Shown here: positions 10,420 through 21,654 of the stretch, piece after piece
Numbering within the stretch: the stretch's first letter is position 1
Layout of the letters: each line of letters begins with the position of its first letter
DNA from: Waterburya sp.
GTDB lineage: Bacteria > Cyanobacteriota > Cyanobacteriia > Cyanobacteriales > Xenococcaceae
Direction of reading: 5' to 3'
Length of the DNA stretch: 64,000 bases
Assembly: GCA_965217895.1 (NCBI GenBank)
Contig: CBDCJV010000002.1
Coordinates: forward strand, 2,240,001 to 2,304,000
Made by a program: the position numbers and the translations under genes
The notes under the pieces: generated by a model
What the model was told of the DNA's origin: nothing
The model's input: only the letters and a program-made list of their open reading frames with translations
The model's database searches: none

Positions 10420-10983
10420 ATGCTAGAGTTAGCTGCTCTTGGTTTACTACTTAAAAAACCTTTACACGGATATCTTTTAAAACAACAGCTAGAAAGGTTT
10501 ATGAGTGGCTGTATTAGCGTCAACTATGGGGCTATATACCCTCTACTTAAGCGACTAGAAAAACAGGGATACATCAAAACTTTTAAAAAATCAGTAGAAA
10601 ATACTGGCTCAAATCGCCAAGTCTATCAAATCACCGAGTCAGGACGCGATCGCTGGCGACAAGCAATGTTGGCGCATCCCCATGAAAGCTGGGTTAACAG
10701 TCGTTCTCGTTTCATGATTAAATTCTTTTTCTTTAGTCAATTAGAACCAGTAGAGCGAATTAAATTGATGCAGTCTCGCTTAATGACCTGTCAATTACGT
10801 CTAGAAAATCGCGAATCACAACTTGTTGAGCAAGATACCGAAGATCCCTATCAAGCGATCGCTCTACAACGTCATTTAGCTAATCTCCACTTTGAAATTG
10901 AATGGTTAAAAGCACAAATTCTTAAAGAACAGCCTAATACGCAATCGAATGAAGACTCTACTGTAGACTATTTATATCTTTAG
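10420..10983 (+). CDS. PadR family transcriptional regulator
   Basis: LGLL..PLHGY.LK, YGAIYPLLKRLE.GYI, RQVYQITESGR. Confidence 0.92.
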   Translation: MLELAALGLLLKKPLHGYLLKQQLERFMSGCISVNYGAIYPLLKRLEKQGYIKTFKKSVENTGSNRQVYQITESGRDRWRQAMLAHPHESWVNSRSRFMIKFFFFSQLEPVERIKLMQSRLMTCQLRLENRESQLVEQDTEDPYQAIALQRHLANLHFEIEWLKAQILKEQPNTQSNEDSTVDYLYL

Positions 10984-11204
10984 TCTTCGATAACTTTGGC
11001 GATGGTTTGCAAAATTGGGCTATGAAAAAGCATAACTTCAAATAATTAGGAAGCTATGCTAAATATTTATATTTGATTTATATTTGCCCGCTCGATAATT
11101 AATAATTGCTGAGCCTAGAAAATTGACTAATAGATGAAATTTTATCTATTAATTATGTAAGAGTGTGAGAAATAGAAGTAAATGTGAGAGTGAAAAAATT
11201 AATT

Positions 11205-11828
11205 TTACAGAGCAAAGTTATTTTTAAAATCTAGTCTAGTCATAGGTTGATTAATTATCAATCCTTCTTGCCCTAGGGTTTTAAGCGGTTCTCCTTCAAC
11301 ATTAATCCAGACAGGAACATCAGGATTTGAGCTAGTAGCCGTATAAATAATTTGAGCTAATCTACTGCTCATAGAGGCACTACCGCCACCAGAAACAAAT
11401 TCTTTAGATAAGTTCAGGTCAATGCCTTTTTTATCTACAGTTAAACCCAATAACTTAGTTCCTGGAGGAATAGCCGTAGTGTATTGAGAGTCTTCAGGTG
11501 GACTAGATAACAAAGTTTCAAAAGCAGTTTTTAAGACTCGCTCAGATTTAACCGACTTTTCAAAAGTCATCGTCTTAGAAACCAATTCAATCTTGTTTCC
11601 TTGAGGATTAAGCCAGCAAATCTGGACAACTTTTTCTTGAGTAATAGGCTTAGGCGCGCTTGGTGTTTGTTCCTCAACTATGGGAGAAGGATGAGGCTGA
11701 GTTTTGCTAGCGTCTCGCTCTAAAGAAGATTTTGCCCACCAAGCAGCACCTCCTCCCGCAGCCAGAATAATCCCTGTGATTACTGCTACCACAGGCAGAG
11801 AAAAGCGATTTTTATTTTGATCCTGCAT
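11205..11828 (-). CDS. GerMN domain-containing protein
   Basis: N-terminal TM; TAIPPGTKLL, NLSKEFVSGGGS, QIIYTAT. Confidence 0.85.
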   Translation of the reverse strand: MQDQNKNRFSLPVVAVITGIILAAGGGAAWWAKSSLERDASKTQPHPSPIVEEQTPSAPKPITQEKVVQICWLNPQGNKIELVSKTMTFEKSVKSERVLKTAFETLLSSPPEDSQYTTAIPPGTKLLGLTVDKKGIDLNLSKEFVSGGGSASMSSRLAQIIYTATSSNPDVPVWINVEGEPLKTLGQEGLIINQPMTRLDFKNNFAL

Positions 11829-11882
11829 GGATAATGCTCCTGCTTAAGAGAAATAGGTAAAAAACAAAAAACAAGTTTTGAG

Positions 11883-12761
11883 TTAGGGAATTGCTTTTAT
11901 CTCTTTTGAAGACAATTGTGATCCTTTTGTTTCCAGTTTGAGGAAGCCAACTAACTTTAATTTATCCTCGTTGATTTCTAATTGTAAGACACGAGCCAGG
12001 ATTCCGTCTGCTTGTAGAGAGTCCAAATTAAGGCGATCGCTAATACCTTCAGCAAAACCATTTAGTAGCCTGGACGACATAGGACGACCGTTTACAGTTC
12101 CTTGTGGCTCGCTAATGCGAATTGTTTTACCCTTAAAAACTTTTATTTTCAATTCCAAGGCGATCGCTAATTCTCTACTAGGTCTAGAAAGGGAGCTTTT
12201 AGCAGTTTTATCGATCTCAAAATTATTTACAGGTCTATTTAATTTAAATTTAATTTTTAAGCGATTTGCAGGGAGTAATGCCACCTGAAAATCTCGTAAT
12301 TGATAGGCAATATTTGTTGAACCAGCCCTGCGGGCTATAAGGCGATTGAGGTTGTTTGACAATTGCGCCAAAATTTCAGGAGATTCTAAAGCTTGATTGA
12401 GATTAGCTTCGGTTAAGATTAGTTTCCCCGCTCCCTGTAAAGGCTGGTCTAAAGACTCTCTTAATTCGTCGATGTTATTAAAATTTAATTTTGCTAAATT
12501 AACATCTAAGGGATCTGTTTCCAGTTCTAAAACCGCAATTTCCAGATCGGGCTTTACTTTTATGTCCCTAGCAGCAATTCTAACTTTAGTTAATTTTCCT
12601 TGGGCAATTTGATAACTAGGAGTGTTATCAATTCTAATTGCTTGTTTTTGGGAACTAATAATTTGGGACTTAATTCGATGGACAGCTACAGAATCTAAAA
12701 TCGCGCCTCCACTTGAGGTGAGAGAAAGCAACCCCGCTAGCACTATTGTCAGAATTTCCAT
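11883..12761 (-). CDS. DUF2993 / LmeA-like protein
   Basis: RIDNTPSYQI..G, LELETDP, LTEANLNQAL pattern. Confidence 0.7.
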   Translation of the reverse strand: MEILTIVLAGLLSLTSSGGAILDSVAVHRIKSQIISSQKQAIRIDNTPSYQIAQGKLTKVRIAARDIKVKPDLEIAVLELETDPLDVNLAKLNFNNIDELRESLDQPLQGAGKLILTEANLNQALESPEILAQLSNNLNRLIARRAGSTNIAYQLRDFQVALLPANRLKIKFKLNRPVNNFEIDKTAKSSLSRPSRELAIALELKIKVFKGKTIRISEPQGTVNGRPMSSRLLNGFAEGISDRLNLDSLQADGILARVLQLEINEDKLKLVGFLKLETKGSQLSSKEIKAIP

Positions 12762-12872
12762 ATATGGCCGTACAAGATTAGCTTAGAACAATTAGGGTAA
12801 TTGGCTCAAGGGTAGTAGGTAGTGGGTAGTAAGAAGATTCTTTGTCCTTATCCCTTATTTTTTATCCTTTTA

Positions 12873-13370
12873 TTATTCTGGATTGACTCTCATCAAAACT
12901 TGCCCAAACTCAACTGGTTCGCCATTTTGGACAGATATTTCCATAACTTGTCCTGATACTTCTCCTTCTATTTCGTTCATTAGCTTCATCGCTTCAATGA
13001 TACAGACTGTATCTCCTTTGTTAATGCGATCGCCTACGGCAGCAAAAGGGTCTTCATCGGGAGCAGGAGCAGAATAAAATGTTCCTACCATAGGCGATGT
13101 AATATCTACCCATTTTTTGTCATCTACTGTAGGAATAGTAGGTGCTACTTCTGGGGTAGCCGCAGTTTGAGTTGCGATCGCTCCTGGGATATTTGTTGTT
13201 TCAACAGCAGTGGGAGGTGCGACGCTAGCTTGAGGAATAGAAACTGCACTTTGTCCTGTTTGTTTTTTGACAACCAATTCAAAATCGCTATTTTTGAGAG
13301 TTAACTCCGTAATATCAGTTTGAGAGATCGCCCTTAGCAAATCGCGGAGTTCTTGAAAATTTATAGACAC
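12873..13370 (-). CDS. accB: Acetyl-CoA carboxylase biotin carboxyl carrier protein
   Basis: SPMVGTFY, IIEAMKLMNEI biotin motif; downstream of efp. Confidence 0.97.
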   Translation of the reverse strand: MSINFQELRDLLRAISQTDITELTLKNSDFELVVKKQTGQSAVSIPQASVAPPTAVETTNIPGAIATQTAATPEVAPTIPTVDDKKWVDITSPMVGTFYSAPAPDEDPFAAVGDRINKGDTVCIIEAMKLMNEIEGEVSGQVMEISVQNGEPVEFGQVLMRVNPE

Positions 13371-13476
13371 AAACTATACAACCATTATTCTAGTAATTTT
13401 GCCAGATCTCCAAGATAGCTGTGTAGTATTGCATATCTAAGAGATTGAGAAACCCGTCGCTCAATTCAGGAGGGGA

Positions 13477-14037
13477 TTAATTTTCTCTACCCAAGTAAGA
13501 ACCATCACGAGTATCAACTTTAATTTTTTCACCGATAGAGATGAACAAAGGTACCATTACCTGCGCTCCAGTTTCAACGATGGCAGGTTTTGTTCCTCCT
13601 GTGGCAGTATCCCCTTTAACTCCAGGATCGGTATCGGTAATTTCTAAGACTACTGAAGTAGGTAGCTCGATCTCCAATACTTTTTCGTCCCAGAAAATAA
13701 CGTTAACCTCCATTTCTTCTTTAAGAAAATTAATGCGATCGCCTAAGTTTTCTTCATTTAGGCGCGTTTCTTCGTAGGTTTGCATATCCATAAAGACAAA
13801 TTCTTCTCCGTCTTTATAGGTATACTGCATAGTGCGCTTTTCTAAATTTGCTTGGGGAACAGTTTCACCAGCGCGAAAGGTTTTTTCTACCGTATTACCC
13901 GTTTGCACATTTTTGAGCTTAGTTCTGACAAAAGCAGAGCCTTTGCCTGGTTTGACGTGAAGAAATTCTACAACTCGCCAGACAGAGCCATCAAGCTCAA
14001 CAGTAACCCCTGTGCGAAAGTCATTACTAGAAATCAT
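13477..14037 (-). CDS. efp: Translation elongation factor P
   Basis: [32 protein letters not shown]. Confidence 0.98.
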   Translation of the reverse strand: MISSNDFRTGVTVELDGSVWRVVEFLHVKPGKGSAFVRTKLKNVQTGNTVEKTFRAGETVPQANLEKRTMQYTYKDGEEFVFMDMQTYEETRLNEENLGDRINFLKEEMEVNVIFWDEKVLEIELPTSVVLEITDTDPGVKGDTATGGTKPAIVETGAQVMVPLFISIGEKIKVDTRDGSYLGREN

Positions 14038-14445
14038 GAAGCTAAAAATACTTGCTTAGAGATCGACATTTAATTGTACCTGATGGAGGACTTTAAAAGG
14101 GATCGAGGTATAAATCAAGGATTTTTAAGTCCTAAAATTCTCGATATAACTGGATTTATTGCTGCAAACAGCCGAAACTTAGTCATATCTTATTCTTTTA
14201 TGCCAAATTCTTCACCAAAAGTTAATAATGCTTGATGGACTACAGGATATACTACAAACTGGATAAGTAGAAATTTTGCTGAAATTAATCTTTTGCCAAA
14301 AGATTACCGTTATTTTCACGAAAATGATGTTTATAATGCTGTACCTTATCCAAACCCAAAAATTTTCTAGCGATAGTCCTGCGCATAAGTATGATTGGCT
14401 ACGTCATATAGAAAAATATATAAAACTTATAAATTAATTAGATCT

Positions 14446-15486
14446 ATGAATCCAGAGGTATCGATAATAATTCCTACTTACAATAGCGAGAATTATATTG
14501 CTAAAGCTTTAAAATCTGTCTTTAATCAAACCTACAGTAATTTTGAAATCATATTGATTGATGATGCCTCAAGCGATTCTACAGTGGAGATTGCCAGTAG
14601 TTGTAACGATAAAAGACTTAAAATAATTGCCAATAAACATAATCGTGGCGTGAGCTATGGACGCAACTGTGGCATCAAACAAGCAAAAGGACAGTGGATT
14701 GCACTTCTCGATTCTGATGATTGGTATGCACCTCAGCGACTTGAAAGGTTGTTGTCCGCAGCAAAAAAAAGCCGTATAGACTTGATTGCAGACAATTTGT
14801 TGCTTATTCAAGAACAAGCAACAATGTATTGGAGTACTCTTTTGCAAGAAAATGCACAGGATCTATTTTCTGCACAACTGATTAATGCTGTAGAATTTGT
14901 GACAAGCGATCGCCTACCTTCTATTAATGCTAAACGTAACTGGAGTCTCGGTTATCTAAAACCTCTAATTAGAAAAGAATTTTTGGTTGAAAACAATATT
15001 TGGTACGATGAAGCCTTAAACGTCGGCGAAGATTTTAGCCTTTACTTGGAATGTTTAAGACATCAAGGACGCTTTTATCTTATTCCTGAAGCTTACTATT
15101 ATTATCAAACTCGCTCTCTTTCTCTATCTACTAGAAAACCCACAGAATATCTATCTCAGTCTTGTGAAATAACTCAACGCTTTATCAATCGAGAAAACTG
15201 TGTCTCCAGAGATAGCAAATTGCTTAAGGCTTTATTGCAAAATTTAGCAGCTTTTGAAAGAAGACTGGCTTATCAATATTTGTTAGAAAATATCAAAAAC
15301 AAAAAAATACTGAAAATTTATCAACAGATTGTTGAAAAACCTTATCTTTTAACAGATGTAACTATTAGACTGCTTTATGTTTTGGTCAATAAATTTGAAT
15401 CCAAGCTAGATTTAAAGAAGATTTATCAAAATATTAATGCTTCTTATCTTAAAAACCCAATTTTTACTTCTGAGATATTGAAATAA
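14446..15486 (+). CDS. Glycosyltransferase family 2
   Basis: VSIIIPTYN, IDDASSD, RNCGI, LLDSDDW, GEDF; ATG at 14446 preferred over the upstream TTG. Confidence 0.9.
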   Translation: MNPEVSIIIPTYNSENYIAKALKSVFNQTYSNFEIILIDDASSDSTVEIASSCNDKRLKIIANKHNRGVSYGRNCGIKQAKGQWIALLDSDDWYAPQRLERLLSAAKKSRIDLIADNLLLIQEQATMYWSTLLQENAQDLFSAQLINAVEFVTSDRLPSINAKRNWSLGYLKPLIRKEFLVENNIWYDEALNVGEDFSLYLECLRHQGRFYLIPEAYYYYQTRSLSLSTRKPTEYLSQSCEITQRFINRENCVSRDSKLLKALLQNLAAFERRLAYQYLLENIKNKKILKIYQQIVEKPYLLTDVTIRLLYVLVNKFESKLDLKKIYQNINASYLKNPIFTSEILK

Positions 15487-15663
15487 TTGAGCATTTAAGC
15501 AGGCAATACGCTTGATGTGAATTAGCGGTAAGGAAGGGGTATCCCCCACATCTGCGCCTAAAGAGTTCGACATCAAAAAGCATTCTCTTGCATGGGAATG
15601 CTCACCAAGACAGCTTTGTTCTGATTTACTTATTTTTAGCTTTTAGCTCTTATCTTAGCCGAG

Positions 15664-15993
15664 TTAAAAATCTAACCGAAATTCCAAACCTCGTTCATGA
15701 AAACCTAATTTTTGATATAGTTGATGAACTTGAGGGCGAGATTTTCTGCTGGTGGCAATTAGCTTATAACAACCCTGTTCTTTGGCAGCCTCAATTGCCT
15801 GTTCAATTACTTGCGTTCCTAAACCTCTGCCTCGATGATTTTCAGCAACATAAACATCTTCAAGTAAACCAAAAGGCTCTCGATGCAAATCATTGTGCAT
15901 GATATATAGATAAGCTCTTGCTATTTCACTTTCCTCTTCAACAAGAGAAAATTTAATTCCTTTGGCGTTGACAGTTTGCGCTTTAACTTTCAT
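15664..15993 (-). CDS. GNAT family N-acetyltransferase
   Basis: LEDVYV..HRGRGLGT acetyl-CoA motif, YQKLGF; ATG at 15993 chosen because the longer start lies inside a repeat element. Confidence 0.88.
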   Translation of the reverse strand: MKVKAQTVNAKGIKFSLVEEESEIARAYLYIMHNDLHREPFGLLEDVYVAENHRGRGLGTQVIEQAIEAAKEQGCYKLIATSRKSRPQVHQLYQKLGFHERGLEFRLDF

Positions 15994-16011
15994 TTTTTCA
16001 GCAATCTGAAT

Positions 16012-16109
16012 TAAGTAGGTTGGTGGAATTAAATGTAAAACCAAATAAGCAATATATTACAAGCTATTTTCGTTCGACTATCTTCTAATTAATTTGTCCT
16101 AGCTACTTA
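16012..16109. mobile_element. ~97-bp MITE-like element, TAAGTAG...CTACTTA family (copy 1)
   Basis: Inverted ends; shares AATTAAAT.TAAAACC.AATAAGCAA and GACTATCTTCTAATTAATTT with 47921-48016. Confidence 0.75.
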
Positions 16110-16204
16110 GTTGGCAATGTGTTATCTCAGCACTAAAGATTTGTTCTACTGCATAATAAACTATATAAGTCTTTCTACATAGAGTGCTAAGGAATTAAAA
16201 CAGA

Positions 16205-17524
16205 ATGGGGATTGAGCAACAAGAATACCGCCAACGTCAGCAAGAATTAATGTCCAAGATTGGCAACGGTACGGCAATTTTCCGTAGTGCGCGGTTGGCT
16301 ACTATGCACAACGATGTTGAATATACCTACCGCCAGGAAAGCAGCTTTTATTATTTAACTGGATTTAATGAACCAGAAGCGGTGGCAGTATTCGCGCCTC
16401 ATCATGAAGAACATCAGTATATTCTCTTTGTGCAGCCTAAAGACCCTGAAAAAGAAACTTGGACGGGCTATCGTTGCGGTGTAGACGCAGCCAAAGAAAT
16501 TTATGGTGCGGACGAAGCCTATCCTATTGCCGAATTAGACGAAAAACTACCTCAATACTTAGTTAATGCCGATCGCATTTATTATCATTTAGGTAGTGAG
16601 GAAAGTTTTAATAACACCATTATCTCTCACTGGCAGAGACTAATGCGAGGCTACCAAAAACGTGGCAAAGCTCCTTTAGCACTAGAAGATACTCGACCTC
16701 TCACATTTGCGATGCGCTCAGTCAAAAGCCCTGGCGAAATTGCCATGATGCGTCAGGCAACCAAGATATCCGCCATGGCTCATAATCGCGCCCGTGAATT
16801 TGCTCAGCCAGGGCTTTATGAATATCAAGTACAGGCAGAAATAGAGCATATATTTCGCAAGGAAGGAGGAATCGGTATCGCCTATCCTTCAATTGTGGCA
16901 TCGGGTGAAAATGCCTGTATTTTGCACTATATAGAAAATGAACGCCAGATGCAGGACAATGAATTGCTGTTAATCGATGCTGGCTGTTCCTATGGCTATT
17001 ACAATGGCGATATTACCCGTACTTTTCCCGTGGGGGGAAAGTTTACTTCAGAACAAAAAGCCCTGTATGAAATTGTTTTAGAGGCACAGCTAAAGGCGAT
17101 CGCCGAAGTTGTGCCAGGTAAGCCTTATAATGAGTTTCATGATATGGCTGTCTGTGTAATCGTTCAAGGTTTATTAGATTTAGGATTACTTCAAGGTGAC
17201 CTGGAAGAAATCATTAAAGAAGAGAAGTACAAACCTTTTTATATGCACCGAACAGGACATTGGCTAGGTTTAGATGTCCATGATGTAGGAATATATAAGC
17301 ATAACGAGGAGGATTGGCAAAATCTTACTCCTGGACATATAGTCACAGTTGAACCAGGAATTTATATTTCTCCCCACATTAAACCTGCCGAAGGACAGCC
17401 AGAAATTCCCGACAAGTGGAAAGGTATAGGCATCAGGATTGAAGACGATTTACTCGTAACTGCCGATGGACACGATATTTTAACTTCAGATGTACCTAAA
17501 TCCGTTGCGGAAATGGAAAAATAA
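16205..17524 (+). CDS. pepP: Xaa-Pro aminopeptidase P
   Basis: AMP_N domain, ACILHY, LIDAG, DITRT, HWLGLDVHD, TVEPGIY, GIRIEDD. Confidence 0.95.
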   Translation: MGIEQQEYRQRQQELMSKIGNGTAIFRSARLATMHNDVEYTYRQESSFYYLTGFNEPEAVAVFAPHHEEHQYILFVQPKDPEKETWTGYRCGVDAAKEIYGADEAYPIAELDEKLPQYLVNADRIYYHLGSEESFNNTIISHWQRLMRGYQKRGKAPLALEDTRPLTFAMRSVKSPGEIAMMRQATKISAMAHNRAREFAQPGLYEYQVQAEIEHIFRKEGGIGIAYPSIVASGENACILHYIENERQMQDNELLLIDAGCSYGYYNGDITRTFPVGGKFTSEQKALYEIVLEAQLKAIAEVVPGKPYNEFHDMAVCVIVQGLLDLGLLQGDLEEIIKEEKYKPFYMHRTGHWLGLDVHDVGIYKHNEEDWQNLTPGHIVTVEPGIYISPHIKPAEGQPEIPDKWKGIGIRIEDDLLVTADGHDILTSDVPKSVAEMEK

Positions 17525-17533
17525 TTACTGAAT

Positions 17534-17600
17534 TACTTGGTGGGCATTAATGAGAGTGCATTTTTATGATGAACAAAATTTTATTTCATGCCCACCCTAC
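17534..17600. repeat. REP-doublet-like palindrome GGTGGGCAT...ATGCCCACC-CTAC (copy 1)
   Basis: Near-identical copy at 62998-63064 including the spacer. Confidence 0.8.
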
Positions 17601-17627
17601 TACTAACAACTAACAATTTTATTTGAA

Positions 17628-18386
17628 GTGAAAATTGCTAAATTAACCAAGGAAATAACTGAAGGTAAAGGGTATGTTATCTTACCTGATTTGCTAAGTC
17701 TTAAAGAAACAACAGAAGCGAGAAATTTAATTCTTGAACTTGCCCAACAGGAAAAGCAGGAAAATAAACTGGTTGTTCAGGATAAAAAAGAAAGACTGTA
17801 TGGCTTGATTTATAAAGGAGAGTTTTTCGCTAAATTAGTTCAAGACAAGCTTATTCTGGCAATTATTGAGGCAATTCTTGGGGAAGATATTGTCTTAGGT
17901 GGTTTCTCGGCGCATATTCTGAAGCCAGGGGCAAAAAGAATGGGCATTCATGTCGATTATCCATACTGGGCAATGACTTCTCCTTTTCCTAGCCAACCAA
18001 TTTTAGAGATTCAAGTTATTTGGCTAATGGAAGATTTTACTGCGGACAATGGCGCACCTTTGTTTGCTGCGGGAACACAAAACCTAGCCACCAAGCCGAA
18101 CAAAAGACAGTTTGAGCAAACGGCAGAAAAAATTACGGGAACAGCAGGAACAGCCATTATTTCCCATGGTCTATGTTGGCACGATACTTCGGTCAACAAA
18201 AGCGATCGCCCTAGAGTATCTTTACTGGGTAACTATACACCTCAATATGTTCATCCCTTAGAAAATAATCTATTTAATTATCAACCAGAAGTAATCGCTA
18301 ATTCTAGCCCCAAGCTGAGAAAGCTACTAAGACACACCTGGATGCCTAAAAATCAGCCTATGTATGGCATGAATTTTGTCAAATAA
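17628..18386 (+). CDS. Phytanoyl-CoA dioxygenase (PhyH) family Fe(II)/2OG enzyme
   Basis: GYVILP, HVD (HxD), DFTADNGA, HGLCWH, NKSDRPR. Confidence 0.88.
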   Translation: MKIAKLTKEITEGKGYVILPDLLSLKETTEARNLILELAQQEKQENKLVVQDKKERLYGLIYKGEFFAKLVQDKLILAIIEAILGEDIVLGGFSAHILKPGAKRMGIHVDYPYWAMTSPFPSQPILEIQVIWLMEDFTADNGAPLFAAGTQNLATKPNKRQFEQTAEKITGTAGTAIISHGLCWHDTSVNKSDRPRVSLLGNYTPQYVHPLENNLFNYQPEVIANSSPKLRKLLRHTWMPKNQPMYGMNFVK

Positions 18387-18438
18387 TAAATGTTGTAGGT
18401 CATCACCGTCTTGAACGAGTCGCTTATTACCAATGCCT

Positions 18439-21400
18439 TTATTTTCTTACCGAATCAGTAAGAGCGACATCTTGTCTCTTACCGTTTTGGCTTTCTTTAC
18501 CAGTAGGAGGAGAAGGCAAACGTTGAGAAATGCGATCGCTAAAACCAGAAATTACGATATACAGCACAGGAACGATAATTAAGCTGAGGAAAGTAGAGAC
18601 AATCATCCCGCCGATTACCACAGTTCCCAAAGACTGACGGGAAGCAGCACCCGCACCACTGGCGATCGCTAGAGGAAATAGACCGACAATGGTAGAAAAT
18701 GTCGTCATCAGAATGGGGCGCAGCCGTTTTTCGGCAGCCTCGATCACAGCTTTGGTAATTGAATATCCTCGCTTTCGCAGTTGGTTGGCAAATTCGACAA
18801 TCAGAATGGCATTTTTACTTGCCAAACCGATTAACATTACCAAACCAATCTGACCGTAAATATCATTATCCAATCCTCTCAACGATAGTGCTAGCAACGC
18901 ACCCATCACCGCTAAAGGCACCGCCATCATAATAATTAGCGGATCGAAATAATTTTCATATTGAGCAGCTAAGACTAAAAATACCACCACTAACCCTAGT
19001 CCAAAAATTATCGGTGCTTGACCACCAGAGCTAATTTCTTCTAATGCCGTTCCCGACCAAGCATAGCCGTAACCAGATGGCAAGGATGTTTCTGCCAAAT
19101 TGCTAATAGTAGAAATGGCTTCTCCCGAACTAGAACCCTCGGCAGCCGAACCAGAGATTTCAATGGCTCGGAACAAATTAAAATGGGTAATGGTAGAAGG
19201 GCCAGAAGTGGGATTTAGGGTAACTAAATTAGCCAAAGAAACCATCTGATTATTGGCAGAACGGACGTATAGTTGTCTGACATCATCTGGTCGAGCGCGA
19301 AACTGTTGGTCTGCCTCGACATAAACCCGATAATTACGCTGTTGTAGGGTAAAGTCATTGACGTACTGCGAACCAAAAGCAATGCCCAAGGTGGAGAGAA
19401 TATCATCAATATTTACCTGGAGTGCGTTCGCCGCATCGCGATTGATATTTACCTCATAGCGAGGAGTATCGGCAGTAAAAGTAGTATAGACTGAATTTAA
19501 TTGCGATCGCCCATTTGCCTGCTGTATAAATTTATTAGATACCTGGACGAGATTATTAATATCTTCGCCAGAGTTGAGCTGTTGGAGTTCGAGGGTAAAT
19601 CCACCAAAAGAGCCGAGTCCGCGAATTGCTGGTGGGTTGTTCGGTAAAATTCGCGCTTCTGAAATAGTCGCAAACTGCTGTCTCAATTTGGCGATAATTG
19701 CCTGGGCTGACTGATTGGCTTTGGTTCGTTGTGACCAAGGTTTAAGGCTGGTAAACATCAAGCCACTATTAGCACCACCACCTCCAAAACTAAAGCCACC
19801 AATGGCAAAGACAGTATTCACTTCTGGTAGTTTTAGCATCTCCGCTTCGGCTTGCACTAACACTTTTCTAGTATAGTCGAGAGACACTCCAGGAGGTCCT
19901 TGGGCAATGGTAATAAAGTATCCTTGGTCTTCTTCGGGCAGAAATCCCCCAGGAACTTGGGTATATAGAAATGCAGTAAATCCTAACGAAAGAATAAATA
20001 GACCGATCGCAATGCCTTTGAAATGAGTTATATTCTCTAACAAACCGCGATACTTGCGTCGAAACCAGTCCAAAAAGCGATTAAACCGCGTAAAAAACCA
20101 GTTTAGCCAACGGGGAGGTCGATTTTCTCGGCGCAACAATAGTGCTGAGACAGCAGGAGCGAGGGTAAGTGCCAAAAAAGTAGAAACGGCGATGGAAAAT
20201 GCTAGAGTCAGGGCAAACTGACGGTAAATTGCTCCTGTCGCCCCTGGAAAGAAGGCTACGGGAATAAATACCGCCATTAATACCAAAGAAGTAGCAATGA
20301 CAGCACTAGAAAGTTCTTCCATAGAGTTAAGGGAGGCTTTGCCAGGACTCTCTCCTGATTCAATCAGTCGGCTGATGTTTTCCACCACAATAATCGCATC
20401 ATCTACGACCATTCCCGTTGCTAGGGTTAGTCCAAATAGCGTCAAAGTGTTGAGGGAGAAGCCAAATGCCTTGACGAAGATAAAAGTACCGATTAAAGAT
20501 GTGGGAATGGTCAGCACGGGAATAATTGTGGTGCGCCAATCTTGCAGGAAGATAAAAATGATTAAAATTACCAGTGCGATCGCCTGTACTAAGGTAAAAA
20601 TCACCTCTGAAAGAGATTCATTTACAAAAGCAGTCGAATCAAAAGCAATCTGATATTTAATTCCTGGGGGAAAATCTTGCGCTAAACGAGCTAATTCTGC
20701 TTTAACTGCTTTGGCAACCTGTAGAGCATTACTGCCAGGAAGTTGGGCAATTCCTAAACCAACCCCTTCATGTCCGTTAAATCTCAAAAAGGTGCTGTAG
20801 TCCTGTGCGCCTAATTCGACTCGTCCAATATCCTTGACCTGAACTAGCTCGTTATCTGTGCCAGATCTAACTACAATATTTTCAAACTCCGCTACGGTTG
20901 ATAATCGAGTATCGGCTTCTAGATCGATTTGATAGAGCAAATTGTCAGAAGAGGGCGGTTCTCCCAATCCGCCGATTGCTGCCTGGAGATTCTGATCGTT
21001 AATGGCATTGACCACATCTTGAGGAGTTAAATTGCGAGCTGCTAATTGATTGGGGTTCAACCAGAGACGCATAGCATAACGTCGCTCGCCGAAAATTTGG
21101 ACGTTCCCCACCCCATCTATTCGTTGCAATGCCTCTACCATTGAAATATCGGCATAATTGCTCAAAAATATAGGACTATAGCGATCGCCTTCTGTATAAA
21201 TTCCAATTGCCATCAAAAAGCCCGCACTTTGCCGCCGTACCGTTACCCCAGTACGCTGAACTGCATCGGGTAGCTGTGCCTGCGCCACCGAAACGCGGTT
21301 CTGCACGTCAACGGCTGCTAAGTCTGGATCTCTAGAAGTTTCAAAGGTAATATCAATGCTGCTGCTGCCGCTGCTGCTGGAAGAGGAAATGTATTGCGAT

Positions 21401-21624
21401 GCCTCAACCCCATTAATCTGTCGTTCCAATATATTAGTTACGGTGTTTTCGACTACGTCGGCACTAGCCCCAGTGTAGTTAGCCGTAACCGTAACCTGGG
21501 GAGGAGCGATCTCAGGATACTGAGCGATGGGCAATGTCGGAATACTAACCGCACCTAACAGCAAGATTAGCAAGGCACAAACACTGGCAAAAATAGGTCG
21601 CTTAATAAAGAAGGATGAAAACAT
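18439..21624 (-). CDS. RND efflux permease, HAE1 family
   Basis: FFIKRPIFA, LPIAQYPEIAPP, GMVVDDAIIVVEN, SKNAILIVEFA, RLRPILMT. Confidence 0.95.
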   Translation of the reverse strand: MFSSFFIKRPIFASVCALLILLLGAVSIPTLPIAQYPEIAPPQVTVTANYTGASADVVENTVTNILERQINGVEASQYISSSSSSGSSSIDITFETSRDPDLAAVDVQNRVSVAQAQLPDAVQRTGVTVRRQSAGFLMAIGIYTEGDRYSPIFLSNYADISMVEALQRIDGVGNVQIFGERRYAMRLWLNPNQLAARNLTPQDVVNAINDQNLQAAIGGLGEPPSSDNLLYQIDLEADTRLSTVAEFENIVVRSGTDNELVQVKDIGRVELGAQDYSTFLRFNGHEGVGLGIAQLPGSNALQVAKAVKAELARLAQDFPPGIKYQIAFDSTAFVNESLSEVIFTLVQAIALVILIIFIFLQDWRTTIIPVLTIPTSLIGTFIFVKAFGFSLNTLTLFGLTLATGMVVDDAIIVVENISRLIESGESPGKASLNSMEELSSAVIATSLVLMAVFIPVAFFPGATGAIYRQFALTLAFSIAVSTFLALTLAPAVSALLLRRENRPPRWLNWFFTRFNRFLDWFRRKYRGLLENITHFKGIAIGLFILSLGFTAFLYTQVPGGFLPEEDQGYFITIAQGPPGVSLDYTRKVLVQAEAEMLKLPEVNTVFAIGGFSFGGGGANSGLMFTSLKPWSQRTKANQSAQAIIAKLRQQFATISEARILPNNPPAIRGLGSFGGFTLELQQLNSGEDINNLVQVSNKFIQQANGRSQLNSVYTTFTADTPRYEVNINRDAANALQVNIDDILSTLGIAFGSQYVNDFTLQQRNYRVYVEADQQFRARPDDVRQLYVRSANNQMVSLANLVTLNPTSGPSTITHFNLFRAIEISGSAAEGSSSGEAISTISNLAETSLPSGYGYAWSGTALEEISSGGQAPIIFGLGLVVVFLVLAAQYENYFDPLIIMMAVPLAVMGALLALSLRGLDNDIYGQIGLVMLIGLASKNAILIVEFANQLRKRGYSITKAVIEAAEKRLRPILMTTFSTIVGLFPLAIASGAGAASRQSLGTVVIGGMIVSTFLSLIIVPVLYIVISGFSDRISQRLPSPPTGKESQNGKRQDVALTDSVRK

Positions 21625-21654
21625 ATAGTAGCGATTGGCAATTGATGGAATGAA

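Noticed and set aside
15994..16044. N-terminal extension of the GNAT ORF
   Set aside because: The start lies within the TAAGTAG element; ATG at 15993 is more plausible.
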